51,477 bases of DNA from Thermoleophilia bacterium (GTDB lineage: Bacteria; Actinomycetota; Thermoleophilia; Gaiellales; F1-60-MAGs149), in assembly GCA_009694475.1 (NCBI GenBank), contig SHUX01000003.1, positions 1 to 51,477 of the forward strand, written 5' to 3'. Under the pieces are notes generated by a model. It made no database searches and had not been told where the DNA came from. It worked only from the letters and a program-made list of their open reading frames with translations. The translations under genes were made by a program, and so were the position numbers. Of the stretch, positions 39,826-49,899 are shown piece by piece; position 1 is the stretch's first letter; each line of letters begins with the position of its first letter.

Positions 39826-40653
39826 CTAAAGCGCCGCTCCGTAGGGGCCGCGGCGACAGACGGTCTCCGCTCCCCACGCAGCGCCCGTCTGCACCGCTGC
39901 CGCTAGGGGCAGTCCCAAGCCGAGACCATATGTCAACCCAGCCGCAAAACAATCGCCAGCGCCGTACGTATCGACGGGATCAGTTGGCAATGGGACGGCA
40001 TCCCAGAGGCCAGAATCGTCTGTCGACATCCAACGGCCACCACGCGCCCCATCGGTCAACACAATCGCTTTCGTGTGTTTACCGAGCACACGAAAGTCGA
40101 CCTCCTCACCACGATCGGTCAGCGAACTGACGACCACATCGGCCTTCACTCCACTCTCGATCAGGGCGCCGAGTTGGCGTGCCGAACAGACAAGTGACCC
40201 GGCAGCACGTGCCGCTGCGATCCCCGAGGGCTCACCACACGTCGCATAGACCGCCGTGCAGTCCATCAGAGACTCCCAGCCGAGCGGCTCATCACCCCGT
40301 GGATACTCGTTGGGTTGCGACACGATGATCGTGCGATCACACGCATCGTCGAGGATTGTCACTGCTCGTGCCTGCCGCCCTGCTCGCTCGGCAACCCGCA
40401 GGTCAATACCCTCGACCAGCATCCGCTGACGTGTCGCAGCACCCTCAGCGTCGTTTGCCAATGCTGTCACGAAGACGACCTCGGCACCGGCACGCGCCAA
40501 GGTGATCGCGGCAACTGCTCCGCCACCAGCCGGCTCCTCGAACGGAGCGGTGAGATGAATGATCTCTCCCGAATTTGGCGGTCTTGTCGCGCGTCCAAAT
40601 AGCACCCACTCAACATGCCCCACGACCGCAATCTTCGGGCGAGCCTGAGGCAT
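39826..40653 (-). CDS. PfkB/ribokinase-family sugar kinase
   Basis: IAVVGHV, AGGGAVAA and VDTYGAGDCFAAG motifs. Confidence 0.88.
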   Translation of the reverse strand: MPQARPKIAVVGHVEWVLFGRATRPPNSGEIIHLTAPFEEPAGGGAVAAITLARAGAEVVFVTALANDAEGAATRQRMLVEGIDLRVAERAGRQARAVTILDDACDRTIIVSQPNEYPRGDEPLGWESLMDCTAVYATCGEPSGIAAARAAGSLVCSARQLGALIESGVKADVVVSSLTDRGEEVDFRVLGKHTKAIVLTDGARGGRWMSTDDSGLWDAVPLPTDPVDTYGAGDCFAAGLTYGLGLGLPLAAAVQTGAAWGAETVCRRGPYGAAL

Positions 40654-40662
40654 CGTGGACGA

Positions 40663-40995
40663 CTAGAGGCTGAGATCGTGCTCGCGCACAGCGGTCGCCA
40701 TCGCCTCGACATGCTCGTCCCAATCCTGGCCCGGCGTCCAGTTCGGAATGGCCACACCAGCCTGACGCAACGTCGTGACCAGTTGATCGGCGAGTTTGTC
40801 CTCAAACAACCGGGAGGCTGTCGCGATCGCCTCATCGCGCGTTGGCGCGTGGATCTGCATCGGTTCAACCAAGGCGTTTCCCGCCGGCCGGATCGTCGCG
40901 TACCAACCCTCGGGACGCGCAGGTTCGAGAAAGACCTGAAACCCAAAACGTCGGGCGCGGGACTTGAGGGCATTGGCGTCGTTAGCGATGTTCAC
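40663..40995 (-). CDS. Small hypothetical protein (start uncertain; frame open to 41055)
   Basis: Fills the gap between GH15 and pfkB on the same strand; globular-looking composition. Confidence 0.65.
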   Translation of the reverse strand: MNIANDANALKSRARRFGFQVFLEPARPEGWYATIRPAGNALVEPMQIHAPTRDEAIATASRLFEDKLADQLVTTLRQAGVAIPNWTPGQDWDEHVEAMATAVREHDLSL

Positions 40996-41026
40996 AGGCA
41001 GGAACCCTACAGGAAGCGAATCTGGA

Positions 41027-42835
41027 TCAGCTGACCTTGTCGATCGCGCGGTCAAGAAACAGGGCAGCCGAGATCAATGAGAGGTGTGTAAATGCCTGGG
41101 GGAAGTTGCCGAGCGCCTCTCCCGATGCACCGATCTCCTCGGAGTACAGCCCAAGGTGGTTGGCGTAGGTCTGCATCTTTTCGAACGCCAGCCGAGCCTC
41201 GTCGATATTGCCAGCGCGTGCCAGCACCTCGACCCACCAGAACGTGCAGATCGAGAAGGTGCCCTCTTCCCCACCGAGTCCATCGTCGGCTGCGAGATCA
41301 GGGTTGTAGCGATAAACGAGCGAGTCGGTCACGAGTTCGTCACGAATCGCGTCGATCGTCGACTTCATCATCGGATCGTTCGGCGCTACGAAGTGCCCCA
41401 TCACCATCATCAGTGTCGACGCGTCGAGCACATCACCGTCAAGCACTTGCACGAAGGCCTGACGCTGCTGAGAAAAGCCGCGCTTCATAACCTGCTCGTA
41501 GATCGCATCGCGCGTCTCGCGCCAGCGAATACGTGGGCACGGAAAGCCGCGTGCCTCGGCGATGCGGAGCGCCCGATCAAAGGCAATCCAACTCATCACA
41601 CGCGAGTAGGTGAATTCCTGTGGCCCTCCGCGAACCTCCCAAATCCCCTCGTCTTTGGAGTCCCAATGCTCAACGAGCCAGTCCAGCAGTTCGACGACGA
41701 CGGTCCAGAGCTCGTAGTCGATGGGGGCGCCAGACTTGTTGTAAAGGTAGATGCTATTGATCAACTCGCCGTAGATGTCGAGCTGCAACTGACCGGCAGC
41801 ACCATTGCCGACCCGGACGGGTTTCGAGTCGCGATATCCCGAGAGGTGATCGAGTTCGAACTCCTCGAGTTCGTGCCGTCCATCGATCCCGTACATGATC
41901 TGCAAGGGCCCGGCATTTGAGGAGTGCTGCTCAAGTGCTCGCTCCTTCAGGAACGCCATAAACTGACTTGCCTCGTCAAGGAAGCCAAGCTTCAGGAACG
42001 CGAATAGCGTGAACGACGAGTCGCGGATCCACGTGTACCGATAGTCCCAGTTGCGAGCGCCGCCAATCGTCTCTGGCAGCGACATTGTTGGAGCCGCGAC
42101 GATCGCTCCGGTCGGGCGATAACAGAGCAACTTGAGCACTAACGCAGAGCGCCTCACGGTCTCACGCCAGCGGCCGCGGTAGGTGCACTGGTGGATCCAA
42201 CTGCGCCAAAACTCGACGGTCTCGGTGAACAGGTGCCCACAGACCTCCGGCGGAAACGGCCGCGCAGAGTGCCCATCATCGGGCACGCGCTCGAGCACGA
42301 AGGTCAGACGCTGCCCTGCCTCGAGCGTAAAGAAGGCGTGCACATCGCTACCGTCTGTCGTCAACTGCACCGGCGAGTCGAGTGCGAGCGTGAGGTCGTC
42401 GGTCTCGAAAACCACGCCGTACTCGTCGACCTTGATCGTGTGTTCGGTGCGACCATAGTTAAAGCGCGGCGAGCAGTCGAGTTGGAAGTGCATGTGCCCG
42501 CGCACGCACTGAACGGTGCGCAAGATGCGTTGACGATCCTCCTCAACCGAGCCGACCGGCATAAAGTCAACGAGTTCGCCGACGCCCGTACCCGACAGAA
42601 AGCGTGTGATTAGTACGTTCGTGTCAGGCAGGTAGAGCTGCTTTGCCCGCACATCCCGGTCCTGCGGACCAATCCGAAACGAGCCGCCCTTCTCCTGGTC
42701 GAGAATGCCCCCAAAGACGCTCGGCGAGTCGAACCGTGGGCAGCAGTACCAGTCGATTGTGCCCTCTTCGGTGACGAGCGCGACAGAGTGGAGGTCGCCA
42801 ATGATCCCATGATCTTCAATCGCAGCGTAGTCCAC
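41027..42835 (-). CDS. Glycoside hydrolase family 15 (trehalase/glucoamylase-like)
   Basis: IIGDLHSVAL, PRFDSPSVF, GAIVAAPT.SLPE..GG.RNWDYRYTWIRD, QLDIYGE, EGIWEVRG and GNFPQAFTH motifs. Confidence 0.95.
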   Translation of the reverse strand: MDYAAIEDHGIIGDLHSVALVTEEGTIDWYCCPRFDSPSVFGGILDQEKGGSFRIGPQDRDVRAKQLYLPDTNVLITRFLSGTGVGELVDFMPVGSVEEDRQRILRTVQCVRGHMHFQLDCSPRFNYGRTEHTIKVDEYGVVFETDDLTLALDSPVQLTTDGSDVHAFFTLEAGQRLTFVLERVPDDGHSARPFPPEVCGHLFTETVEFWRSWIHQCTYRGRWRETVRRSALVLKLLCYRPTGAIVAAPTMSLPETIGGARNWDYRYTWIRDSSFTLFAFLKLGFLDEASQFMAFLKERALEQHSSNAGPLQIMYGIDGRHELEEFELDHLSGYRDSKPVRVGNGAAGQLQLDIYGELINSIYLYNKSGAPIDYELWTVVVELLDWLVEHWDSKDEGIWEVRGGPQEFTYSRVMSWIAFDRALRIAEARGFPCPRIRWRETRDAIYEQVMKRGFSQQRQAFVQVLDGDVLDASTLMMVMGHFVAPNDPMMKSTIDAIRDELVTDSLVYRYNPDLAADDGLGGEEGTFSICTFWWVEVLARAGNIDEARLAFEKMQTYANHLGLYSEEIGASGEALGNFPQAFTHLSLISAALFLDRAIDKVS

Positions 42836-42864
42836 GCAGATCTCCCTCGCCTTCGGCAGAGAGT

Positions 42865-43197
42865 TTAGGCGGAATGCGTGCTGAGGTTGAGATCGGCAAC
42901 GAGCCGATCCTTGGGCTTGAGCCCCACGGACCGCTCGACGACCTCGCCGTCTTTGAACAACGCGACCATCGGGATCGACAGCACGCCGTACTGGCCGGCA
43001 AGACCAGGTTCGGCATCGACGTCGAGCTTGGCGATCTTGACCTTGCCTGCATACTCGCCGGCGAGCTCGTCAATGATCGGCCCGAGCGTCTTGCACGGCC
43101 CACACCACTCAGCCCAGAAGTCGATCAGGACGGGGATGTCGGATTCGATGACTTCGCCCTGGAAGTTGGCGCTATTAATCTCGAGTGCGTCGGACAT
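42865..43197 (-). CDS. trxA: Thioredoxin
   Basis: DFWAEWCGPCK active site; AAGGAG SD before MSDAL. Confidence 0.96.
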   Translation of the reverse strand: MSDALEINSANFQGEVIESDIPVLIDFWAEWCGPCKTLGPIIDELAGEYAGKVKIAKLDVDAEPGLAGQYGVLSIPMVALFKDGEVVERSVGLKPKDRLVADLNLSTHSA

Positions 43198-43237
43198 GTG
43201 CTGCTCCTTCAGGGGCAAAGCGGTGGTTTTGAAGAGT

Positions 43238-43290
43238 ATGCCGGGCGCGTCGCCCGTCTATCTCATAGACGAACGACGCGCCGCTGGCAT
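43238..43290 (-). terminator. Extended stem-loop between the substrate-binding protein gene and trxA
   Basis: Nested arms ATGCC/GGCAT, GGCGCGTCG/CGACGCGCC and CGTCTAT/ATAGACG. No U-tract. Confidence 0.5.
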
Positions 43291-43295
43291 TCCCG

Positions 43296-44444
43296 TTACT
43301 GCGTGTAGAGCTTGCTGAGGACGAACGTGCCACTCGTGCTGTCGACGTTCAAGATCGCCACGGGAACGTTCGAGCGGTAACCCGTCTCCGGGTCGATCGT
43401 GATGCTGCCCGTTGCACCGGAGAGGTTGGTGGTGTGGAACGCCTTCTTCGAGACGGCGCTCACGCTGAGCCTCCCGGCACGGCGAATCGCATTGACCAGC
43501 GTGTAGACGGAGTCGTAGGTGAAGATCCCCCACGGGCCAGGATTGGCGCTCAACTTTTTGGCGTAGTTCTTCACGTACGCCGTCGACTTGGCGTTACCAA
43601 ACTGGCCTGGCGTTGGCACACCACTAAACGTGCAGGCTGATGCTGCCGGAATGCCGGCCTGCTTGACGAAGGCAGCGTCCTGGTTAGCGAGCCCCATGAA
43701 GCACTTGGTCGGATGGTCGGCCTGCGCAGCGAACAGGTTCTTGGCGATGATTGCGCCCTGCGGGTAGTAGGTGCTGACGTAGACGACATCAGGATTGTTC
43801 GTCACGGCCTGCGCAACCTGCGCAGTGAAGTCCTTGCTCTTGGCATCGATTGGGATCTTTGTAACGAGCACGCCCTGCTTGTTGAGCGCCTCGAACATGC
43901 GGTCTGCCATACCCTTGGTGTAAGCGTCAGGGTCGTACAGGATCGAGACCTTGCCAGCCTTCTCTGCCGTCATCCACTGGACCTCAACGGGCGAGATCTG
44001 CGAGTTCTTCGGCTGGACAGTGATACCCATGTTCTTGGTGTCGTCGGTCGAGGTCAACTGAACTGGAAACACCCCGGCAGCAATAAAGATTGGGAGATTC
44101 GCGATACCAACGGACGAGTTGTACGGTCCGATCAGCGCGAATGGCTGCTGCTTGACAAGGTTCTCCGCAACCGTCACACCAATCGATGGTGTCGCCTTGT
44201 CATTGCCGGTGATCAACTTGATCTGCAGTCCAAGAACGCCCCCTGCCTTGTTGATCTCGGCAATAGCGAGCTTGGTGCCCCGCAGCATGTCTTGCCCGTT
44301 GGCGGCCTGTCCACCCGTTAATGGGCCTTCATACGCGAGCGTCAGCACCTCCGAGCGTGGCGCCAAGGATCGCGCAGCAGCAACTGGGACGACAATCGCA
44401 GCAATCGTGACGACCGCAAATAGGCTGATAAGACGATAGTGCAC
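43296..44444 (-). CDS. Branched-chain amino acid ABC transporter substrate-binding protein (LivJ/K-like)
   Basis: Signal peptide; GPLTGGQA..G, EINKAGGVLG, LIGPYNSSV and GATGSITID motifs. Confidence 0.88.
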   Translation of the reverse strand: MHYRLISLFAVVTIAAIVVPVAAARSLAPRSEVLTLAYEGPLTGGQAANGQDMLRGTKLAIAEINKAGGVLGLQIKLITGNDKATPSIGVTVAENLVKQQPFALIGPYNSSVGIANLPIFIAAGVFPVQLTSTDDTKNMGITVQPKNSQISPVEVQWMTAEKAGKVSILYDPDAYTKGMADRMFEALNKQGVLVTKIPIDAKSKDFTAQVAQAVTNNPDVVYVSTYYPQGAIIAKNLFAAQADHPTKCFMGLANQDAAFVKQAGIPAASACTFSGVPTPGQFGNAKSTAYVKNYAKKLSANPGPWGIFTYDSVYTLVNAIRRAGRLSVSAVSKKAFHTTNLSGATGSITIDPETGYRSNVPVAILNVDSTSGTFVLSKLYTQ

Positions 44445-44505
44445 GTGGACTCTCTCGCGTTTCGAGTGACGTGACTGTAGCGATCCTCTCGGCGACGACA
44501 ATCCA

Positions 44506-45204
44506 TCAGTCTTTTTCGTGGGCTACGTTACCAACGGGCCGCCCGAACCCACCAATACTCGTGTTGAGTCGCCATCCGCTGTAGGTGTGCTCGCTGACAG
44601 CGTCGCCCGAGTTGCCTTCAATGGTGTCGATCGTTAGCGGCGTCACCCGTCGCACGATGCCGACGTGGCCGAACGTAAACCAGACCACATCACCAGGCTG
44701 CGGGTCGGCGACGAGTCGGTCGCGAAACGCGCTCCGCTCGGCAAACCATCCTCGAACATCCAGCGTCCAACCCAACCGCCAGCCACCGGACGCGCCCCCT
44801 GTAAACGGTCGCCCGGCGGCGCGCAACACCCAGGAGACGAAATCGGCGCACCACGCTTCGGCATTGTCGTCCGTAAATTCGCTGATACCTGGCCCACTAT
44901 TCGAGCCGGGTGGCGCCTCCCTAATCTGCATCTGCAGCAGTCGTTCCGAAATCGCGACGATCGAGCCCCCGTCAATTGTCGGGAGCGGTGTGACTGGTAG
45001 ACTTAGGAAGGTAGGTACTGCCAAGCCACCATCAGCGCGTCCAGTGCCAGATTGCCCAACCTCGGCAAACAGTGGTGACAAACGCGGCAGCAGCACGAGG
45101 CCGCTGTTGGAGGTTTTCACGGCGATCGTTGCCAACACGGTACAGGCCAGCAAGACGGCGACCCACTCCGTCGTCGCCTGCCCCAGTCGCCGCGCGAGCG
45201 TCAT
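44506..45204 (-). CDS. Membrane-anchored or secreted CHAP-domain peptidoglycan hydrolase
   Basis: N-terminal hydrophobic helix; AWCADFVSW (Cys), PQPGDVV, GHVGIV (His) and TIEGN motifs. ATGA overlap with tadC. Confidence 0.88.
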   Translation of the reverse strand: MTLARRLGQATTEWVAVLLACTVLATIAVKTSNSGLVLLPRLSPLFAEVGQSGTGRADGGLAVPTFLSLPVTPLPTIDGGSIVAISERLLQMQIREAPPGSNSGPGISEFTDDNAEAWCADFVSWVLRAAGRPFTGGASGGWRLGWTLDVRGWFAERSAFRDRLVADPQPGDVVWFTFGHVGIVRRVTPLTIDTIEGNSGDAVSEHTYSGWRLNTSIGGFGRPVGNVAHEKD

Positions 45205-45827
45205 GCAATCACCGGTCCGATCAGACTGCGCAACACGAGCGCTTGACCACCGATCACGATCAACAGCGCTGCCGGTGCCAGCAGTCCACCGATCACGAGC
45301 AGCATCTTGGGCGCAGCCGCGGCGGCGCGTTTGCGAGCCTCGGCACGCGCCTGCAGTCGAGCATCGGCGGCAAGCAGACGCAGTGCTCCCGCGATTGGAA
45401 CCCCCAACTCTTCGCTCTGCTGAAACAACGATCCCAACGAGCGGAGAGCGGGATCGGCAGCGCGTAACGAGGCTCCTAGGCCGAGTACGGTGGCAGTCCG
45501 CGTCGCATCGACGAGCACGCCCCTGAGCGGTTCGGATGAGAACGTGGCCACCCGCTCGATTGCAAGCTCGGGCGCCGCGCCGCCATCAACGGTTGCCGCC
45601 AGCAGCTCGAGCACATCCGGGAGGGCGTTCGTGATCGCGCTCGCCCACCGCTGCTGCGCCGAGCGCTCCCGGCGGCGGGTCGTGACGAACCCCACGCCAA
45701 AACCGATACCACCACCACTGATGGCGAGCACTACATTACCCGTCCCCAGCCACCCCAGCCAGAGCCCTAGACACCCCCAACTTGCCAACCACACGAGCCA
45801 CGTTGCACGGCGCGGGCGTGGTGTCAC
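45201..45827 (-). CDS. tadC: TadC-like (T2SSF-family) inner-membrane platform protein
   Basis: ALPDVLELLA..VDGG, QSEELGVPI and RAEARKRAAAAAPKMLL...LLAPAALL motifs. GTGA-coupled to tadB. Confidence 0.85.
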   Translation of the reverse strand: MTPRPRRATWLVWLASWGCLGLWLGWLGTGNVVLAISGGGIGFGVGFVTTRRRERSAQQRWASAITNALPDVLELLAATVDGGAAPELAIERVATFSSEPLRGVLVDATRTATVLGLGASLRAADPALRSLGSLFQQSEELGVPIAGALRLLAADARLQARAEARKRAAAAAPKMLLVIGGLLAPAALLIVIGGQALVLRSLIGPVIA

Positions 45828-46387
45828 AACCCCACCGCCCGCGCGATGCGCCGTAGTAGGAGCAGTGCGATGCCGGTCAGTCCCGCTGCCACTCCGATAA
45901 TCACAAGCCCAGGCCCGGTCGTAAACAGCGCTGCAAGTGCCGACGGCGCGAGCACGGTCAGGAAGCCGAGCGAGACGACAGGTGCAAGCGGCACAATGCG
46001 TGCGGCCAGTCTGGCCTGCGCGGTAGCAACTTCCGCCTCGAGTCGTAGCCGCTCGCGATCGGCGAGCCCTTCGGCGACAGCCGCGAGCGATGCGACGAGA
46101 TCGCCGCCGAGCTCCTGATGAAGCTCGATCGTCCCCACCAGCACACTGCCGCCTGGTACGGCAAGAAGTGGCGCGAGAGCGCTCCGGGTCGCAGCGCCAG
46201 AGCGCAGGCCAGCCGCACACGTTCTGAGCAGGTCGACGACCACCTCGTCAACTGCATCCGCCGCGCGCTCAAAGGCATCTGCGATCGGCAGGCCCGCAGC
46301 ACAGCACCGTGCGAGTGCCCGAGCAACCTCTGGCAGCGTCTGTGCGATAACGCCCACAGTCGGTCCGTTGCGTCGGGAGAACCTCAT
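45824..46387 (-). CDS. tadB: TadB-like (T2SSF-family) protein, short form
   Basis: LPEV..ALARC..AG, ELGGDL..SL, TAQARLAARIV and LFTTGPG motifs. ATGA-coupled to tadA. Confidence 0.82.
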   Translation of the reverse strand: MRFSRRNGPTVGVIAQTLPEVARALARCCAAGLPIADAFERAADAVDEVVVDLLRTCAAGLRSGAATRSALAPLLAVPGGSVLVGTIELHQELGGDLVASLAAVAEGLADRERLRLEAEVATAQARLAARIVPLAPVVSLGFLTVLAPSALAALFTTGPGLVIIGVAAGLTGIALLLLRRIARAVGL

Positions 46388-47325
46388 CGCTCGAACACCC
46401 GAATCTGCCACCCAGCACCCTCTCGCTCAACGCTATGGATCGAAGCCACACTGCGTCCGCCGTCAGGAGACCGCACGACATGCACAACGGCATGGACCGC
46501 CGACGCGATCTGCTCGCGAATTGCGGTGTGGGGAATATCAACGCCACCCATCAGCGCCATCGTCTCCAACCGGCGCAGTGCATCGTCAGGCCCGTTGGCA
46601 TGGATCGTGGCGAGCGAGCCATCGTGGCCCGTATTCATCGCGAGCAGAAGGTCGATCGCCTCACCCCCGCGGATCTCTCCCACGATCAGTCGATCCGGTC
46701 GCATCCGGAGCGCGTTACGGACGAGTTGGCGGAGGTCGATTGCTCCCCGTCCTTCGACGTTGGCGGGGCGCGCTTCGAGCCGTGCGACGTGCTCGGCCTG
46801 AACCGACAACTCGGCGGCGTCTTCGACCGTCACGATCCGTTCACTGGCCGGCACCAACCCCGTCAGCGCTCCAAGTAGCGTCGTTTTGCCCGTTCCTGTG
46901 CCACCACTGATGAGGGTGTTACGACGGCCCCTGACGAGCGTGGTCAGATCGCGAGCCTGCTCCGATGAGATCGCGCCACGTGCGACAAGATCGCTAAACC
47001 GCAGTGCCGCGGTGCCGAAGCGACGAATGGTGATCAGCGGGCCGTCGACGGCAAGCGGCGGTAGCACGACGTTGACTCGCGAACCGTCCGGCAGGCGAGC
47101 GTCGACCATCGGCGTCGCGTCGTCGATGCGCCTCCCGCAGGCCGACACTAGGCGGACCGCCGTCTGTCGCAACTCGAGCGAATCACGAAAGCGTGTGTCA
47201 ACGCGACGCAACTTCCCATCGAGTTCAACCCAAACGTCGAAGGGGCCATTGACGACGACCTCGCCAACCTCAGGGTTCATCAGCAGTGGTGCGAGCGGAC
47301 CAGCCAACGACAACAAGAAGGTCAT
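46384..47325 (-). CDS. tadA: CpaF/TadA pilus assembly ATPase
   Basis: PMVDARLPDGSRVN, Walker A GGTGTGKTT, TVEDAAEL, ALRMRPDRLIVGE and His box MNTGHDGSLATIHA. Confidence 0.95.
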   Translation of the reverse strand: MTFLLSLAGPLAPLLMNPEVGEVVVNGPFDVWVELDGKLRRVDTRFRDSLELRQTAVRLVSACGRRIDDATPMVDARLPDGSRVNVVLPPLAVDGPLITIRRFGTAALRFSDLVARGAISSEQARDLTTLVRGRRNTLISGGTGTGKTTLLGALTGLVPASERIVTVEDAAELSVQAEHVARLEARPANVEGRGAIDLRQLVRNALRMRPDRLIVGEIRGGEAIDLLLAMNTGHDGSLATIHANGPDDALRRLETMALMGGVDIPHTAIREQIASAVHAVVHVVRSPDGGRSVASIHSVEREGAGWQIRVFER

Positions 47326-48026
47326 CCGCGCTTCCTCGGTCCGAGGGAGGCGATGCGACCTTCGATGAGGAGGAGCAACTCGTCACCGTGCTGCACATCG
47401 ATGCAGTTGAGCTTTCCCCTTAGTCGCCCTGAGATGCGTTCGACGATCGTGGGAGCGGTTGGACACACCACAATCCGCGCGGCATCGACGCCGAGCCGAG
47501 TGAGTCGCTGCTGTGTCTGGTTGATTGTCTTAAGACGATTGGCGTGCCCAACGATGACGACGACATCCGCATCAAGCACCGGCTCGCAGGACGGTCCGAC
47601 CGGTCGTGCCACATCGATCACGATCAGTGAGGCCTGTCGCATCGCCTGTCTCGTGAGTGCGCGCAGCGTGCCGTCCCGAATCAGCCAGACCAGTTCGGGT
47701 CGTGGGCCGATCTCAACAAACCAGCCGAACGGCGCTCGCTGTGCGAGCGTCGCGAAGGCAGTCCCGTCAGCCTCCCGCACGCCAGCCAGGCCTGCATCGC
47801 CAATGCGAGGTTTGAGACCAAGTGCGACTCCCAGCGTTCCACCGGCTAGGTCCGCATCAACCAGGCAGACGCCCCGATCGCCACCGCGCGCGATTGCCAG
47901 TGCCGCCGTCGATGTACCGGCCCCACCATGCGCGCCAACGAGCACAACCGAACGGCCAGTCGAGCCGACACGCTCGATCGATTCGAGCAACGGTCGAGCC
48001 TCGTAGTCTGCCTCGAGCAGTGCCAT
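47322..48026 (-). CDS. CpaE/TadZ/Ssd-like MinD-ParA-family protein
   Basis: Deviant Walker A GAHGGAGTST, CLVDADLAGG and LIVIDV motifs; directly upstream of tadA. Confidence 0.75.
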   Translation of the reverse strand: MALLEADYEARPLLESIERVGSTGRSVVLVGAHGGAGTSTAALAIARGGDRGVCLVDADLAGGTLGVALGLKPRIGDAGLAGVREADGTAFATLAQRAPFGWFVEIGPRPELVWLIRDGTLRALTRQAMRQASLIVIDVARPVGPSCEPVLDADVVVIVGHANRLKTINQTQQRLTRLGVDAARIVVCPTAPTIVERISGRLRGKLNCIDVQHGDELLLLIEGRIASLGPRKRG

Positions 48027-49213
48027 CAGGTGGCCCCATCAGTCTGGGGAATCCGCAAGGCGACGCGAGTTCCACCACCGGGGCGGGATTCAAACCGAGC
48101 CTCACCACCAACAGCCGCAGCCACCCTGCGCACGCTCGCGAGACCCAGCCCGGCCCGTCCAGGACAGTCCGAACCCTGCCCAAACGCCGCGCCCAGCGAT
48201 CCTGCGTCGAAACCAGCGCCAGCGTCCTCAACGACAAACTCAATCGCACCTGACTCGACCTGTGTTACGCCCAGTGAGATCTGGGTTCCAGGAGGGGCAT
48301 GACGGGCTGCGTTCTCGGCAAGGTTTGCGACCGCACGGGCGACGCTCGCGTCAACGGAGACGCGTACTGAAGGTGCCTGCGTCAGGTCGATCTGGGGCGA
48401 TGCGTGCTCGCCACCGCGTAGTCGCTCGGCAACATCGAGCAAGAGTTGGTCGGCTGCAATTTTCTGTCCTTTGCTGACGACGGCAGAATTGGTCTCGCGA
48501 CAGAGCTGCAGTACATCGTCGGCAATCGCAGCCAGGCGGTCGCACTCTCGTTGGATCAGTGCCCGGGCACGGGCCCGCTCGATGCTATCCGTAGCGCGTT
48601 CGAGACGGTCTCCCGCCAAGCAGATCCCCGTCAGTGGACTGCGCAGATCGTGAGCCACAATGCCGACCAGTTCGACCTGTGACTGCGCCTGATGTAGCAG
48701 TGTTGCCCGTAGCGCGTCGACCGCGCGCACGAGCGGCTCCGTCGACGTCGACCGTAGCGGCGCTTCGTCAACTGCAGAGCCACCGCCGAGTGAGCGAATC
48801 GTTCGGCAGGCCTGCTCAAGATCACGGGTTCGCGCGAGCCCGGTCCAGAGTGCCCAGCCCGCACCCGCCAGTGCGCCCGTGCCGAGCACCAGCAAAAGGC
48901 CACGCCAGAGTCCGCGAGACAACGCTGCGGCTGTGTGTACGGGAACGCGGACCATGCGCCCATCGTCAAGTGGAGCGCTCGCGACGACAGTCTCTGGTCG
49001 CGAGTGTTGTCCAACGATCGTCGCGTCCGTCGAGGGAATCCCCCCTCGTTGAATCAGACGTGCTGCCAGGTGAGCCTCAACCGCAGCAGAGGCTGCAGCA
49101 GCACGATTGGACTCCACCGTCGCCGGCCCCACGACAAAGGTATCGAGTGCCATCGTCAGGGTCGCGCCAATCGCCATCGTCGCAACTGCGACACGGAGCC
49201 AGAGGCGTGTCAT
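48026..49213 (-). CDS. Membrane sensor histidine kinase
   Basis: Two TM segments; H-box AHDLRSPL, N-box NLAENAARHA, G1 VEDAGAGF and G2 GLGLA. ATGA-coupled to the response regulator. Confidence 0.92.
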   Translation of the reverse strand: MTRLWLRVAVATMAIGATLTMALDTFVVGPATVESNRAAAASAAVEAHLAARLIQRGGIPSTDATIVGQHSRPETVVASAPLDDGRMVRVPVHTAAALSRGLWRGLLLVLGTGALAGAGWALWTGLARTRDLEQACRTIRSLGGGSAVDEAPLRSTSTEPLVRAVDALRATLLHQAQSQVELVGIVAHDLRSPLTGICLAGDRLERATDSIERARARALIQRECDRLAAIADDVLQLCRETNSAVVSKGQKIAADQLLLDVAERLRGGEHASPQIDLTQAPSVRVSVDASVARAVANLAENAARHAPPGTQISLGVTQVESGAIEFVVEDAGAGFDAGSLGAAFGQGSDCPGRAGLGLASVRRVAAAVGGEARFESRPGGGTRVALRIPQTDGAT

Positions 49214-49899
49214 TGCAGCACCGTCCGCAGGGAGTACCCAACGCTCCAATTGTTGATCACCCACGGACCGTCAGAACTCGCTGCCAACCGGCGCCGTAGA
49301 CGCGAGGCATGCGAGTCAAGCGTGCGCGTGCCGCAGTTGCGATAGCCCCAGATCCGCTCCATCAGATCCTCCTTCATGTGGACCTTGTGTGGATCACGCG
49401 CGAGCACGGCGAGCAGCTCGTACTCTTTACCCGGTAGGTGGACCAAGACACCATCGAGCGTGACCGCACGGGCGGCCAGATCCATCGTCAGTGAGCCAAC
49501 CGTGAGGACGGAGCCGACGCGACCATTCAGCCGCGACTCCAACGAAGCCGTCCGGAGTAGGAGCTCCGGGTAGCTGAACGGTTTCACGATGAAGTCGTCC
49601 ACGCCGCGTTCGAACGCGCGAACCCGATCCTGTTCGGTGCCGCGACCGCTGACAACGATCATGCCAATATCGGACGCACCGGCCTCACCCATCCGAACTT
49701 TTCGTACGACATCAAGGCCAGAGCCATCCGGAAGACTGACGTCGATGAGCGCAATATCGGGGCGAGCGCGGCGTAGCGTGGCGAGCGCGTCCGTCGCCGT
49801 TCCGACCAACGTCACAGCGTGGCCGTCCTCACGCAGGTTATCGACGAGGAACTCCGAGATCACCTGGTCGTCTTCAACCACCAGCAAGCTTGCACACAT
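49210..49899 (-). CDS. OmpR/PhoB-family response regulator
   Basis: LLVVEDD, IDVSLPDGSG and DDFIVKPF receiver motifs; winged helix RTLDSHASRLR...VGY. AAGGA SD. Confidence 0.93.
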   Translation of the reverse strand: MCASLLVVEDDQVISEFLVDNLREDGHAVTLVGTATDALATLRRARPDIALIDVSLPDGSGLDVVRKVRMGEAGASDIGMIVVSGRGTEQDRVRAFERGVDDFIVKPFSYPELLLRTASLESRLNGRVGSVLTVGSLTMDLAARAVTLDGVLVHLPGKEYELLAVLARDPHKVHMKEDLMERIWGYRNCGTRTLDSHASRLRRRLAASSDGPWVINNWSVGYSLRTVLQ

